From contig JBNKUM010000008.1 of assembly GCA_050298595.1 (NCBI GenBank), positions 1 to 64,000 on the forward strand: a DNA stretch of 64,000 bases. Reading direction: 5' to 3'. Shown one piece after another: positions 39,853 to 48,969 of the stretch; position 1 is the stretch's first letter, and every line of letters begins with the position of its first letter. Made by a program: the position numbers and the translations under genes. This DNA comes from Gammaproteobacteria bacterium (GTDB lineage: Bacteria; Pseudomonadota; Gammaproteobacteria; GCA-001735895). The notes beneath the pieces were generated by a model. It searched no databases. It had not been told where the DNA came from and saw only the letters and a program-made list of their open reading frames with translations.

Positions 39853-40211
39853 GATGCATTCTCCAGATTGCTATTCACTAAATATGTATGTTTTCAGACG
39901 AAAACATAGAAAGAATCGGGTAGTTTACTTGCAAATTACAGGTAATAGGGAAAAATTTTCATGATTACGCATAGACTGCATCCCCATTCATACAATAGTA
40001 GGAGCTTTTCCTTGAGAGCAGCTTTCTTTGAGGATTTCGATATTTTTGTAATGTTCTCTATTTCAAACGGTATTGATAAAGTTGAGATAAGCATAGTAAT
40101 GGAGCCACCATTTCGGTCCCAACACCAGAACTACCCCTCGAGTCAAACCAGAATGTTTGTGGATTCCAGTCTTTCACCTATACACCTTCTACCAGGGTGT
40201 AACAGGAAGTT

Positions 40212-40757
40212 CTACCAGATCAGATCATCAGGTACCTGATAATCCGCATAGGGATCATTTTCATCAATGGTTTTTTCTTCCGGCTGCAGAATAACAACGC
40301 GCTTTTCATTGCGTTGTTGAATTTTTTGCGCAACAGCCAGGGGTACTAGTTCATAGCGCCCTTCAATGCGCGCGATACCCAGACGCCCAGCGACTATCTG
40401 CTGTTTCAAGTCAACATTCACATACAGCTTGTTTACCTTGTTGCGATGCTCGAAGTTGTAAGGCAACTCACATTCCTTATCACGCTTAATCGCATTGCTT
40501 CGGATCAGTTGGTCAATCTCTATTGAAATAGCCTTTTTCTTCTCCTGTTCAATTTTCCTGCGATTCAATTCACGATCACGCTCGGCTTTTTCCTGTGCGG
40601 CTGCACGTGCCTTTATGGTCGCTTCATCCAGTACAGGGGGCGCTTTCTTCTTGCGCTGAGGCTGCTGCTTATTCTTTTTCTTCTGATTAGCCTGTTTGAC
40701 CTGCTTTTCTGTTACCAGACCAGCTTTTAGGAATTGTTCCTGAAATGGGTTACTCAT
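40212..40757 (-). CDS. DUF2058 family protein
   Basis: MSNPFQEQFLKAGLV N-terminus, DPYADYQVPDDLIW C-terminus. Confidence 0.85.
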   Translation of the reverse strand: MSNPFQEQFLKAGLVTEKQVKQANQKKKNKQQPQRKKKAPPVLDEATIKARAAAQEKAERDRELNRRKIEQEKKKAISIEIDQLIRSNAIKRDKECELPYNFEHRNKVNKLYVNVDLKQQIVAGRLGIARIEGRYELVPLAVAQKIQQRNEKRVVILQPEEKTIDENDPYADYQVPDDLIW

Positions 40758-40797
40758 ATTTTTTCGTTTAGGTTTAAATAGATAGTAAGCGCCCAGA

Positions 40798-41136
40798 TTA
40801 TCCCAGCTTTGCGCCATTGTGAACAGGCTGATCGGGCACTGCGAGAACTACTGCACCATCTTCACGATAAAAACCCGTAACCAGACACTGGGATTTGACT
40901 GGACCAATTTGTTTGGATGGAAAATTAACCACAGCAACCACCTGTTTTCCCGGCAGTTCTTGCATACCATAAATATCGGTAATTTGAGCGCTGGATTTTC
41001 GAATACCAATATCCTTGCCAAAATCTATCTGCAAAATATACGCCGGTTTTCTAGCTTCAGGAAAGGGTTGTACATCGATAATAGTGCCAACTCGCAGCTC
41101 AACTTTTTCAAAATCATTCCAGGTTATTGTTTGCAT
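40798..41136 (-). CDS. csaA: tRNA-binding protein / export chaperone CsaA
   Basis: FEKVELRVGTI, FPEARKPAY, SSAQIT, VNFP. Confidence 0.9.
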   Translation of the reverse strand: MQTITWNDFEKVELRVGTIIDVQPFPEARKPAYILQIDFGKDIGIRKSSAQITDIYGMQELPGKQVVAVVNFPSKQIGPVKSQCLVTGFYREDGAVVLAVPDQPVHNGAKLG

Positions 41137-41144
41137 AGTGAGAT

Positions 41145-42179
41145 TTATAAACGGGATAGCTTATGCATATTGATTAACAGGGCTGTAAATATTAATAAAG
41201 CACCCGCCTGATGGCTAGCAGCCAGCCATACGGGTACATGTAACAACAGGGTACTGATGCCAAGCGTTACCTGAACCAGCACCATCAAACCAACCAGATT
41301 AAAGCTACCTGTGGTTGCGCGATCAAATCGAAAGCGCTTCGAATTTAGCCAGTAAATCAGGCAAAGTGTAGCGGTGGTTAACGCCAGTAGGCGATGATCA
41401 AACTGTACTGTCACCATGTTCTCAAAAAAATTGAGGTACACCGGGCTAAGTACGAGTAAGCCATCAGGAATCCATGAGTCTCCCATTTTAGGAAAGGTAT
41501 TGAAAATCAAACCTGCTTTAAGACCAGCGACAAAGCCACCTGAAACAATGGTCGTCACCAGTAGTAGCATCAGGTAATGCACTGCCTTGCGAAATCCCGG
41601 ATATAGCGAATGCCCCTGCGGAACCCTGAGGTTGGTATTCTTTAAACCTAATGCCGTCCATACGATAAAGCCATAAATCAAAATCGCAGAGATCAGATGA
41701 GCGGTCAGCCGATATTGACTTACATGTGGATTATCCACCAGGCCGCTTTTCACCATATACCAGCCCAATAGCCCCTGTAATCCACCTAATACGAACATCA
41801 CAAGCAATTTTGGTGTGAGCCCGAGTTTGATACGTTTTGTGAAAAAGAAAAATAAAAATGGCAGCAGGAATACCAGGCCTATGATGCGTCCTAGCATGCG
41901 ATGAGAATATTCAAAATAGAATATCTTTTTAAAACCATCCAGCGTCATACTGCGATTTATTTTCTGAAATTCGGGAGACTGCTGATAGTTGGTAAATTCT
42001 TCCTCCCAGTCCTGCTCATTGAAAGGAGGAACTACCCCATGGACAGGGTGCCAGCTGACCATCGATAAACCGGAACCGGTCAGGCGTGTTACGCCGCCCA
42101 GGATTACCATCACGAAAATCAGGGCCGCACAGAGGATTAGCCAACGGGCAATGGCTCGGTCATTATCTATATCAAACAC
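41145..42179 (-). CDS. ctaA: Heme A synthase (COX15/CtaA)
   Basis: GGVTRLTGSGLSM, EYSHR, GWYMVKSGL, VSQYRLTAH, QFDHR. Confidence 0.93.
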   Translation of the reverse strand: MFDIDNDRAIARWLILCAALIFVMVILGGVTRLTGSGLSMVSWHPVHGVVPPFNEQDWEEEFTNYQQSPEFQKINRSMTLDGFKKIFYFEYSHRMLGRIIGLVFLLPFLFFFFTKRIKLGLTPKLLVMFVLGGLQGLLGWYMVKSGLVDNPHVSQYRLTAHLISAILIYGFIVWTALGLKNTNLRVPQGHSLYPGFRKAVHYLMLLLVTTIVSGGFVAGLKAGLIFNTFPKMGDSWIPDGLLVLSPVYLNFFENMVTVQFDHRLLALTTATLCLIYWLNSKRFRFDRATTGSFNLVGLMVLVQVTLGISTLLLHVPVWLAASHQAGALLIFTALLINMHKLSRL

Positions 42180-42218
42180 AACCTGCTACAACTCAAAAAA
42201 GAAAAAGTAGATAAAAAA

Positions 42219-42232
42219 GCGACATTTGCCGC
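42219..42232 (-). promoter_or_regulatory. RegA/PrrA/RoxR-like box upstream of ctaA
   Basis: GCGGC-aaat-GTCGC on the minus strand. Confidence 0.5.
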
Positions 42233-42283
42233 CTAAAGGTCGCACTATACAGATTAACAGGCAAATGTAATCAGTTGATTAAT

Positions 42284-42370
42284 AAAAAACGAAAGGCCAG
42301 GATGAAATTCATCTTGTGACGAGTACGCCCGTATCCCATCGATGCCCCGATGCAGCATCCCGACCTTTCG
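42284..42370 (-). terminator. Long structured terminator after flgF
   Basis: cgaaaggtcgggatg...catcctggcctttcg followed by TTTTTT on the minus strand. Confidence 0.6.
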
Positions 42371-42400
42371 CTATTGGTGAATCTTTAGTAAATTAAATTA

Positions 42401-43144
42401 TTAGCCAGACAGCCGCATTAAACGCGCACTAGAGGCATCATTTTCATTAGCTACATTCATTAGCTTAACCTGAGTTTCATAAAAACGTGCCTGTTCCATC
42501 ATGTTGACCATGGCATCTACGGTATTCACATTACTGGCTTCCAGTGCGCCACTGGTGAGCGAGACGTTAGCATCTGCTGCGGCATCCACACCATCTTTAG
42601 TTCTGAATAAGCCATCCTCACCTCGTTCGATATTCTGCTTCGATGGATTCACCAGCATCAGGCGATCAACTGCCACCAGGGTATTAGCAGCCTGACCTGC
42701 GGCACGAATACTGATGGTGCCATCGCGCCCTATCACCAGAGTTTCAAAATCGGGCAATGTCACCGGACCTCCCTCACCCATCATGATTTGATTAGCACCA
42801 TTCAATACCAGGCCAGAGGAATCAATATGTAGATCACCACGACGTGAATAGGCGGTAGAACCATCTGGGGCCTGGACCGCAAAATAGCCGTCACTATTAA
42901 TCATCACATCCAGATCACGCCCGGTTGTCATCACCGCGCCCTGTTTATAATCAACCCCCGACCTTTCATCACTGGCATAGGCACGGCTAGCATAACCAGG
43001 ACCATACACCGGCTGGGAGTTAAAATGATCCATCTCAGCTTTGAACCCCACCGTATTGACGTTAGCCAGATTATTGGCATTAGTCTGCTGAGCGTGTAAC
43101 GCATTAGATGCGCCATTCATTGCGATGTAGAGTAAATGGTCCAT
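42401..43144 (-). CDS. flgF: Flagellar basal-body rod protein FlgF
   Basis: MDHLLYIAM, ANNLAN, TGRDLDV, GALEASNVN. Confidence 0.93.
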   Translation of the reverse strand: MDHLLYIAMNGASNALHAQQTNANNLANVNTVGFKAEMDHFNSQPVYGPGYASRAYASDERSGVDYKQGAVMTTGRDLDVMINSDGYFAVQAPDGSTAYSRRGDLHIDSSGLVLNGANQIMMGEGGPVTLPDFETLVIGRDGTISIRAAGQAANTLVAVDRLMLVNPSKQNIERGEDGLFRTKDGVDAAADANVSLTSGALEASNVNTVDAMVNMMEQARFYETQVKLMNVANENDASSARLMRLSG

Positions 43145-43170
43145 AGTGCTTGGCCTGCCTTAATCAATAC

Positions 43171-44493
43171 TTAGCGAATCTGGATAATGGTTTGAGTCAG
43201 TGTATTAGCCGTCTCAATCGAACGCGCATTGGCCTGAAAGTTTCTCTGTGCAGTAATCAGGTTGACCAGTTGCTGTGTGAGATCAACGTTTGATGCCTCC
43301 AGCGCACCCGACTGAATTAAACCAAAACGTCCAGTACCCGCTTCGCCGGCAATTACGGCTCCTGAATTGGATGTTTCATCCCAGGAAGTTCCACCTACAT
43401 TAACCAGCCCTTGACTATTAGGAAAGTCAGCCAACGCAATCTTACCAATTGGTGTTGAGATGCCATTGGTATAAGTCGCACGAACAAGGCCTTCATCAGA
43501 AATATCCAGACCCGAGATTCTGCCGGTAGAGAAACCATTAGGATTCAGCGTGTTCACCGAAAAATTTGACGCATACTGGGTGGTGGAGTTATTGGCAAAA
43601 TCATGTGTTATGGTCAATGGACTCGCTCCATTGGAAAGTGCCACCGCCGTATTAGTTATAGTCGCTGGGGTTGAAGAAGCCAATGTACCATCGGGATTAA
43701 AATTGAACTGGATTGCATTTTGAGCGATGGTAGTTGCCGGTAAAACTGCTGAAGGATCTGGATGAGTTATTGCCGTTCCTCCAGTCACATCGGTAGGAGC
43801 CCCATCCAGGTAGGTAAAAGCCTGCCATTGATTGGTCGCAGCGTTATCATTAACAAAATAATAGGTCAACACATGTGACTCACCCAGAGAATCAAACACT
43901 GTAGTGGATGTAGAATTGGTATAGGTATTACTCGCAGAGGGATCAAACAGCGCAGGATCCAGAGCAGTAGCACCAGCATCCAGATTCAACCCTATCTCAA
44001 CCTCGTTAGTCGCCTCAGGGGCTCCGGTTGAAGGTGGTAAGATCAATGCGGCAGTGGTATTCAAACTGGTCGAAGTTACATTCCCGGTTGCAGTATCTAC
44101 TGGAAATGCCTGTAGGTAACGCCCGTCATTATTGACAATATAGCCATCGGCATTAACCCTGAATTCACCCGCCCTGGAATAAGATCTATCAGTACCCGCC
44201 TGATTTTGACTGACGACAAAAAATCCCTGCCCGCTAATCGCCAGATCTAAACTGGAATCGGTAAACTCAAAGTTACCCTGAGTAAACTGCTGGCTGACAT
44301 TATCGATTTGTACACCATTACCCACTGAGGTGGGAGAGTTTCCAAATGGGGATATTGCATAGATATCACCAAACTCAGTTCGAGAAAATTTAAACCCGGT
44401 AGTAGCAACATTGGCAATGTTGTTACTGGTTACGTTTAAATCAATAGCGGCGGCCTGCAGGCCACTTAACGCTGTATTGGATGAAAATGACAT
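43171..44493 (-). CDS. flgE: Flagellar hook protein FlgE
   Basis: ALSGL, NNIANVATTGFK, LDLAISGQGFF, LEASNVDL, QRNFQANA. Confidence 0.95.
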   Translation of the reverse strand: MSFSSNTALSGLQAAAIDLNVTSNNIANVATTGFKFSRTEFGDIYAISPFGNSPTSVGNGVQIDNVSQQFTQGNFEFTDSSLDLAISGQGFFVVSQNQAGTDRSYSRAGEFRVNADGYIVNNDGRYLQAFPVDTATGNVTSTSLNTTAALILPPSTGAPEATNEVEIGLNLDAGATALDPALFDPSASNTYTNSTSTTVFDSLGESHVLTYYFVNDNAATNQWQAFTYLDGAPTDVTGGTAITHPDPSAVLPATTIAQNAIQFNFNPDGTLASSTPATITNTAVALSNGASPLTITHDFANNSTTQYASNFSVNTLNPNGFSTGRISGLDISDEGLVRATYTNGISTPIGKIALADFPNSQGLVNVGGTSWDETSNSGAVIAGEAGTGRFGLIQSGALEASNVDLTQQLVNLITAQRNFQANARSIETANTLTQTIIQIR

Positions 44494-44514
44494 ATCAATT
44501 CCCCTGCGTAGTAA

Positions 44515-45192
44515 TTACATAATTTTGCGGATCTGGCTCATACTGATATCACCGAGACCTGAAACCGTTAAAGTTAAATCTGAGCCAGATTGCCCCAGTG
44601 TGACACTTTCGACCTGAACCGAGGTCAACACCTCTCCAGCTGAAACCTGATCGCCCTGCCTTAGTTCAGCTGATAGCTTATAGGTACCGGGACGGAGTCG
44701 ATCACCATCGGCATTTAAGCCATCCCAGTGAAACTCAAGAAGACCGGACTGCTGCTGCCCAAGATCAATACGATGTACCAGCTGTCCCTGGCTATCAGTC
44801 ACATAAACAATTGCCTTGCTGACTGGTTGATCTAGTTGAACAGCTGCATGTACGTCGCCTTCAGCAGCTATCTGCACCTTATCGCCAGGTACCAGCACAT
44901 TGCGTCCAACCATAGTTGATGCCTGTAAAGCCTGATTGCCCTGAAAAGCAGCACTCATACTGCTAAAAGCCGAGTTCAGATCATTGATACCACTGACGGT
45001 ACCAAATTGGGCCATCTGGGCCAGGAAGTCGCCATTTTCCATGGGGGATAAGGGGTCCTGGAAGCGCAGCTGGGCTGTCATTAGCTCAAGAAACTCCGTT
45101 TGGCCTAAATCAGTATTCGACTTGGTTTCGGTAGTCTCAGGTTTATTAATACCGAGCTGGGTATAAATATTATTGGAATCGACAGTTGACAT
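44515..45192 (-). CDS. flgD: Flagellar hook capping protein FlgD
   Basis: FLELMTAQLRFQDPLSPM, AQMAQF. Confidence 0.95.
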   Translation of the reverse strand: MSTVDSNNIYTQLGINKPETTETKSNTDLGQTEFLELMTAQLRFQDPLSPMENGDFLAQMAQFGTVSGINDLNSAFSSMSAAFQGNQALQASTMVGRNVLVPGDKVQIAAEGDVHAAVQLDQPVSKAIVYVTDSQGQLVHRIDLGQQQSGLLEFHWDGLNADGDRLRPGTYKLSAELRQGDQVSAGEVLTSVQVESVTLGQSGSDLTLTVSGLGDISMSQIRKIM

Positions 45193-45206
45193 AATCTATG
45201 GCCTCG

Positions 45207-45617
45207 TTAATTACCCAATGACAGGGTCCTTATCATCAGTTCCTTTGAAGTATTCAACACTTCAACGTTATTTTGATATGACCTGGAGGAGGATAGCATA
45301 TTGACCATCTCTTCTACCGTATCAACGTTGCTGGTGAATACATAACCCTGTTCATTAGCCAGTGGGTTAGCTGGATCATATTTGTTTCTAACTGGAGCAT
45401 TACTTTCTACGATACCCAGCATTTTTACACCGGCTTCGCCAGGACGAGATTTATCGTATAGATAACTCTGAAAAACAGTTTCACGTGCGCGATAAGCTTC
45501 TTCGGCCGATCCGGCAACAGTTTCCGCATTCGCCATATTACTGGCCGTAGTATTCAAACGAATGGATTGTGCGCTAATGGCGCTACCGGAAATCTGAAAA
45601 TTTGCTAATAATCCCAT
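45207..45617 (-). CDS. flgC: Flagellar basal-body rod protein FlgC
   Basis: RLNTTASNMANAET, YDPANPLA, EEMVNM. Confidence 0.95.
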   Translation of the reverse strand: MGLLANFQISGSAISAQSIRLNTTASNMANAETVAGSAEEAYRARETVFQSYLYDKSRPGEAGVKMLGIVESNAPVRNKYDPANPLANEQGYVFTSNVDTVEEMVNMLSSSRSYQNNVEVLNTSKELMIRTLSLGN

Positions 45618-45619
45618 GA

Positions 45620-46015
45620 CTATTGACCTCGAATTGCCAGTTGTAGACCACGGATCTTACTATTTAGCATAGTAAGACTAGCCTGATATTGCAGGGCATT
45701 CTGTGAAAAGCGGGCCTGCTCAGCATGCATATCTACGGTATTGCCATCCAGCGATGGATTCAATGGATTACGGTATTTAATATAAGCCTGTCGATCAGAT
45801 GACTGTAAAGACATATGACGTGAATCGGTGGTTTGTAACTGCATGGAGCTATCTGGGTTTTCTAACTGCTGCATCATCTGCTGAAAATCCATATCACGAG
45901 CTTTATAGTTGGGTGTATCTGCATTCGCGATATTCGCGGCCAGAATACTGGAGCGCTGTGAGCGCATCATCATTGCGTCATCGTGAATGGAGAAAGCTCT
46001 TTCTATTAGTGACAT
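45620..46015 (-). CDS. flgB: Flagellar basal-body rod protein FlgB
   Basis: NIANADTPNYKARD, DGNTVD. Confidence 0.95.
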   Translation of the reverse strand: MSLIERAFSIHDDAMMMRSQRSSILAANIANADTPNYKARDMDFQQMMQQLENPDSSMQLQTTDSRHMSLQSSDRQAYIKYRNPLNPSLDGNTVDMHAEQARFSQNALQYQASLTMLNSKIRGLQLAIRGQ

Positions 46016-46047
46016 GGTCTTCACCCGGTTTTAGTTACAGATGAACA

Positions 46048-46168
46048 TGCAGGGAAACTGCCAATCAAATATTTAATTTAAAATTCAATAACTTATGAAA
46101 CAAGAGGATAAAGGGAAAGTGCCTTTTGCGGCAAGGCGGCAATGTAGAAAGGAGTGACATTGCCGCCA
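46048..46168 (-). promoter_or_regulatory. Sigma-54 promoter of flgB with upstream CGGCAA repeats
   Basis: tGG-cagtttccct-GCa at 46048-46064; gcggcaaggcggcaat...attgccgcc resembles FlrC/FleR enhancer repeats. Confidence 0.7.
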
Positions 46169-46173
46169 TAGTG

Positions 46174-47112
46174 CTATTTAGAATTGATCACATCCAGTGC
46201 TTCAATTATTGCTCCGGCCAATAGATCAGGTTCAAATTTTGCGATAAATTTATTGGCGCCGACTCTATCAACCATGCTCTGGTTGAATACCCCACTCATT
46301 GATGTGTGCAGAATAATATAAAGATGCTTCAGTCGTGGATCAGAACGTACCTCAGTGGTAAAGGTATAGCCATCCATTTCCGGCATTTCTATATCCGATA
46401 CCACTACCGCCAACCGCTTAAGCTGGGGATCATCATTATCTGCCCATGACTTTAGTAGCTCCAGAGCCTGCTTGCCATCCTTGGTAGTTACGGTTTTCAT
46501 CTTGATATCGTCTTCTACGGTTTTACACACCTGTTTGCGTGCGACCAATGAATCATCTGAGACCAGTATCAAATCACGCTCCATTTCCTGTTCGGTATCA
46601 AATCCATCCAGATATCCTTCGGTAACATGCTCTTTCGCACCTATAACCTCGGACAGAACTCTTTCTACATCAATGATTTCAACCATTTTTTCATTGACAT
46701 AAGTAACCGCTGTCAAATAACTGTCACCTGCAGTTCCAGAGGGTGGCGGCAACATGTCTTTCCAGTTCAGGTTGATTATTCGATCCACTTCGCGCACCAG
46801 AAACCCCTGCACACTTCGGTTATATTCGGAGATGATGACAAATGCATTCTCGATATCCGTGAGAGGTGGCCCGCCAATAGCAAGGCTGAGATCCATAATA
46901 CAGATCGTTTGACCACGGATGTTAGAAATCCCACGAATAACTGGATGAGACTGGGGTACGATAGATAACTTAGGGCATTGCAGTACCTCTCGCACCTTGA
47001 AAACATTAATGCCATATAACTGCTGCCCGTGAAGACGGAACATCAGTAATTCCAGTCGATTTCGACCTGCCAGCTGTGTACGCTGATCAACACTTGCCAT
47101 TACACCGGACAT
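46174..47112 (-). CDS. cheV: Chemotaxis protein CheV
   Basis: CheW domain (YGINVFKVREV) plus receiver domain (SDIEMPEMDG, HTSMSG). Confidence 0.95.
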   Translation of the reverse strand: MSGVMASVDQRTQLAGRNRLELLMFRLHGQQLYGINVFKVREVLQCPKLSIVPQSHPVIRGISNIRGQTICIMDLSLAIGGPPLTDIENAFVIISEYNRSVQGFLVREVDRIINLNWKDMLPPPSGTAGDSYLTAVTYVNEKMVEIIDVERVLSEVIGAKEHVTEGYLDGFDTEQEMERDLILVSDDSLVARKQVCKTVEDDIKMKTVTTKDGKQALELLKSWADNDDPQLKRLAVVVSDIEMPEMDGYTFTTEVRSDPRLKHLYIILHTSMSGVFNQSMVDRVGANKFIAKFEPDLLAGAIIEALDVINSK

Positions 47113-47147
47113 TTAATTACCTCTTATAGTTATACATGCCAATTGTT

Positions 47148-47174
47148 TTGTCGACTCACGATAGAAAAACTTTA
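47148..47174 (-). promoter_or_regulatory. Sigma-28 promoter of cheV
   Basis: TAAA-N15-GTCGACAA on the minus strand. Confidence 0.65.
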
Positions 47175-47194
47175 AAAGCCATAATCAAATAAAG

Positions 47195-47210
47195 CGGCAT
47201 TAAACTTGCT
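47195..47210 (+). promoter_or_regulatory. Sigma-54 promoter of flgA
   Basis: cGG-cattaaactt-GCt. Confidence 0.6.
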
Positions 47211-47363
47211 TCGTTTAAATACACATTAGAAATATCGGTAAATAAAGCATGTTTAATACAGCATTTAACGATTTTCATATTCATTTGAGTCAGAATTATG
47301 ACACTTTGACCGTAATTGGCCACTTACCGAGTCATAAGAACCAGATAAATCTAGTATAGTTGA

Positions 47364-48071
47364 ATGAAAAGAAATAACTTAATCGGGATTTTAGTTTCAG
47401 TGCTTTTTTTAAGCCTTGCATGGCAAAGTGCCGCTGCAGAGCGGCAAAGCCTGACCTCGATTCAATTACAGGCCGAATCATTCCTGATGAATTACCCTTA
47501 CCAAACTCCTTATCCTATACAGGTTAAATTATCCAACCTGGACCCAAGGCTTAATCTGAAAGCTTGTGCAACCAAATTGCGCATCGACTTTACTCGACAG
47601 GATAAAATAAGTGGGAACACTTCTCTGGATATTCGTTGTTCTCAGCCCACCAGCTGGAATATCCATCTCCCTGTCAGGGTTGATGTGTATGACGATGTAC
47701 TAGTTAGCCGAATTCCGCTAGTCAGAGGACAATCATTAAGTGCAACTGATGTAAAGTTTAGAAAAACCAATATCAGCACTCTGAATCGTGGATACTTTCG
47801 CCAGATAGAAGACCTGAAAAACTTGCAGGCGAAAAATAATCTGTCTGCAAACATAGTTTTAAATCCATCGAATCTGGCTCCCAGAAAGCTGATAAAATCA
47901 GGTCAGAAAGTGACTATTGTGTTGAATTTTAAAGGACTAGAGGTGAAATCAAGCGGTGAAGCCTTGAGCGCTGCCAGCGAGGGGCAGTTGATCAAAGTGA
48001 GAAACACAGGCTCTAACAAGATTATTCAAGGTGTTGTATCAGCGAATGGTCAGGTAAAAGTTAGCTTATGA
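47364..48071 (+). CDS. flgA: Flagellar P-ring formation chaperone FlgA
   Basis: Signal peptide, LDPRLNLKAC, SAF domain, IKVRNTGSNKII; canonical gene context. Confidence 0.92.
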   Translation: MKRNNLIGILVSVLFLSLAWQSAAAERQSLTSIQLQAESFLMNYPYQTPYPIQVKLSNLDPRLNLKACATKLRIDFTRQDKISGNTSLDIRCSQPTSWNIHLPVRVDVYDDVLVSRIPLVRGQSLSATDVKFRKTNISTLNRGYFRQIEDLKNLQAKNNLSANIVLNPSNLAPRKLIKSGQKVTIVLNFKGLEVKSSGEALSAASEGQLIKVRNTGSNKIIQGVVSANGQVKVSL

Positions 48072-48099
48072 GCATAATGAATAAACTTTAAAAAAACAT

Positions 48100-48126
48100 T
48101 AAACTTTATTGAAACCTTGCCGATAT
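48100..48126 (+). promoter_or_regulatory. Sigma-28 promoter of flgMN
   Basis: TAAA-N15-GCCGATAT. Confidence 0.8.
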
Positions 48127-48158
48127 AACGTTCGGGAAGAAATAAATTGGAGACTCCA

Positions 48159-48446
48159 ATGACTGATGCAATTAACACCAATAACCGACTTAAGATTTCA
48201 AACCAGCCGCTTGAGAACAAAGCCAAAAGCCCTGCTGCGGGTAGCGCTAAGAGTGCTGCAAATACATCGGCATCGGCTGTTGTCGAACTATCCTCAAACC
48301 AGGTTTTAAAACAAATGCAAAACCTTCCTGATGTAGATAGTAATAGAATTGAGTCTATTAAATCAGCAATCGCAAACGGTGAATACAAGCCAGATGCTGA
48401 AATGATTGCTAAAAAATTCTCTGAAATTGAACAGCTACTACCCTGA
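48159..48446 (+). CDS. flgM: Anti-sigma-28 factor FlgM
   Basis: RIESIKSAIANGEY...IAKK; position after flgA. Confidence 0.9.
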   Translation: MTDAINTNNRLKISNQPLENKAKSPAAGSAKSAANTSASAVVELSSNQVLKQMQNLPDVDSNRIESIKSAIANGEYKPDAEMIAKKFSEIEQLLP

Positions 48447-48455
48447 GCCTGAATT

Positions 48456-48953
48456 ATGCAACCGCATCAGTCTACCCAATGCGCTCGTTTACTTCTCCCC
48501 TTGCTGCAAAAGCAGCTTGAACAGGTAAAAGATTTCACGGCTTATCTGGAAGAAATCAAGCAGGCAATTACCCATAACGATAAGGACACACTTAACCAGT
48601 TATTAAGCGGAAATGGGCTGGATGTTAACAGCATCGAACTATTACAGCTGAGACAGCAGGAAATTGTCGTTGAATATGGTTTTACACCTTCAACTGAAGG
48701 CCTTGATGAGTGTATCAATGAGTGCCAGCAAGCACAACTGAGCAAGCTTCACAGCGAACTGAAACAGCAACTGCAAAACTTGCAAAATTCTCTATTGATC
48801 AATGATTTACTGGTTAAAAAGAATCAGCAACGCGTGCGTCAGTCGATACGACTGTTATCAGGTCACCAGCAAGATAGCAGCTCAATGACTTATTCAAGTA
48901 ACGGTAATACCAGCGAAGATAACCCATCTAGCCATTCTCTGGCCCGAGCCTAG
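48456..48953 (+). CDS. flgN: Flagellar export chaperone FlgN
   Basis: Helical protein after flgM with C-terminal TYSSNG. Confidence 0.75.
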   Translation: MQPHQSTQCARLLLPLLQKQLEQVKDFTAYLEEIKQAITHNDKDTLNQLLSGNGLDVNSIELLQLRQQEIVVEYGFTPSTEGLDECINECQQAQLSKLHSELKQQLQNLQNSLLINDLLVKKNQQRVRQSIRLLSGHQQDSSSMTYSSNGNTSEDNPSSHSLARA

Positions 48954-48969
48954 TATTATAGATCTCCCT

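Noticed and set aside
40100-40210. tRNA remnant as island attachment site
   Set aside because: Only a loose ggtttgactc T-loop-like word is present, and no cloverleaf can be drawn.
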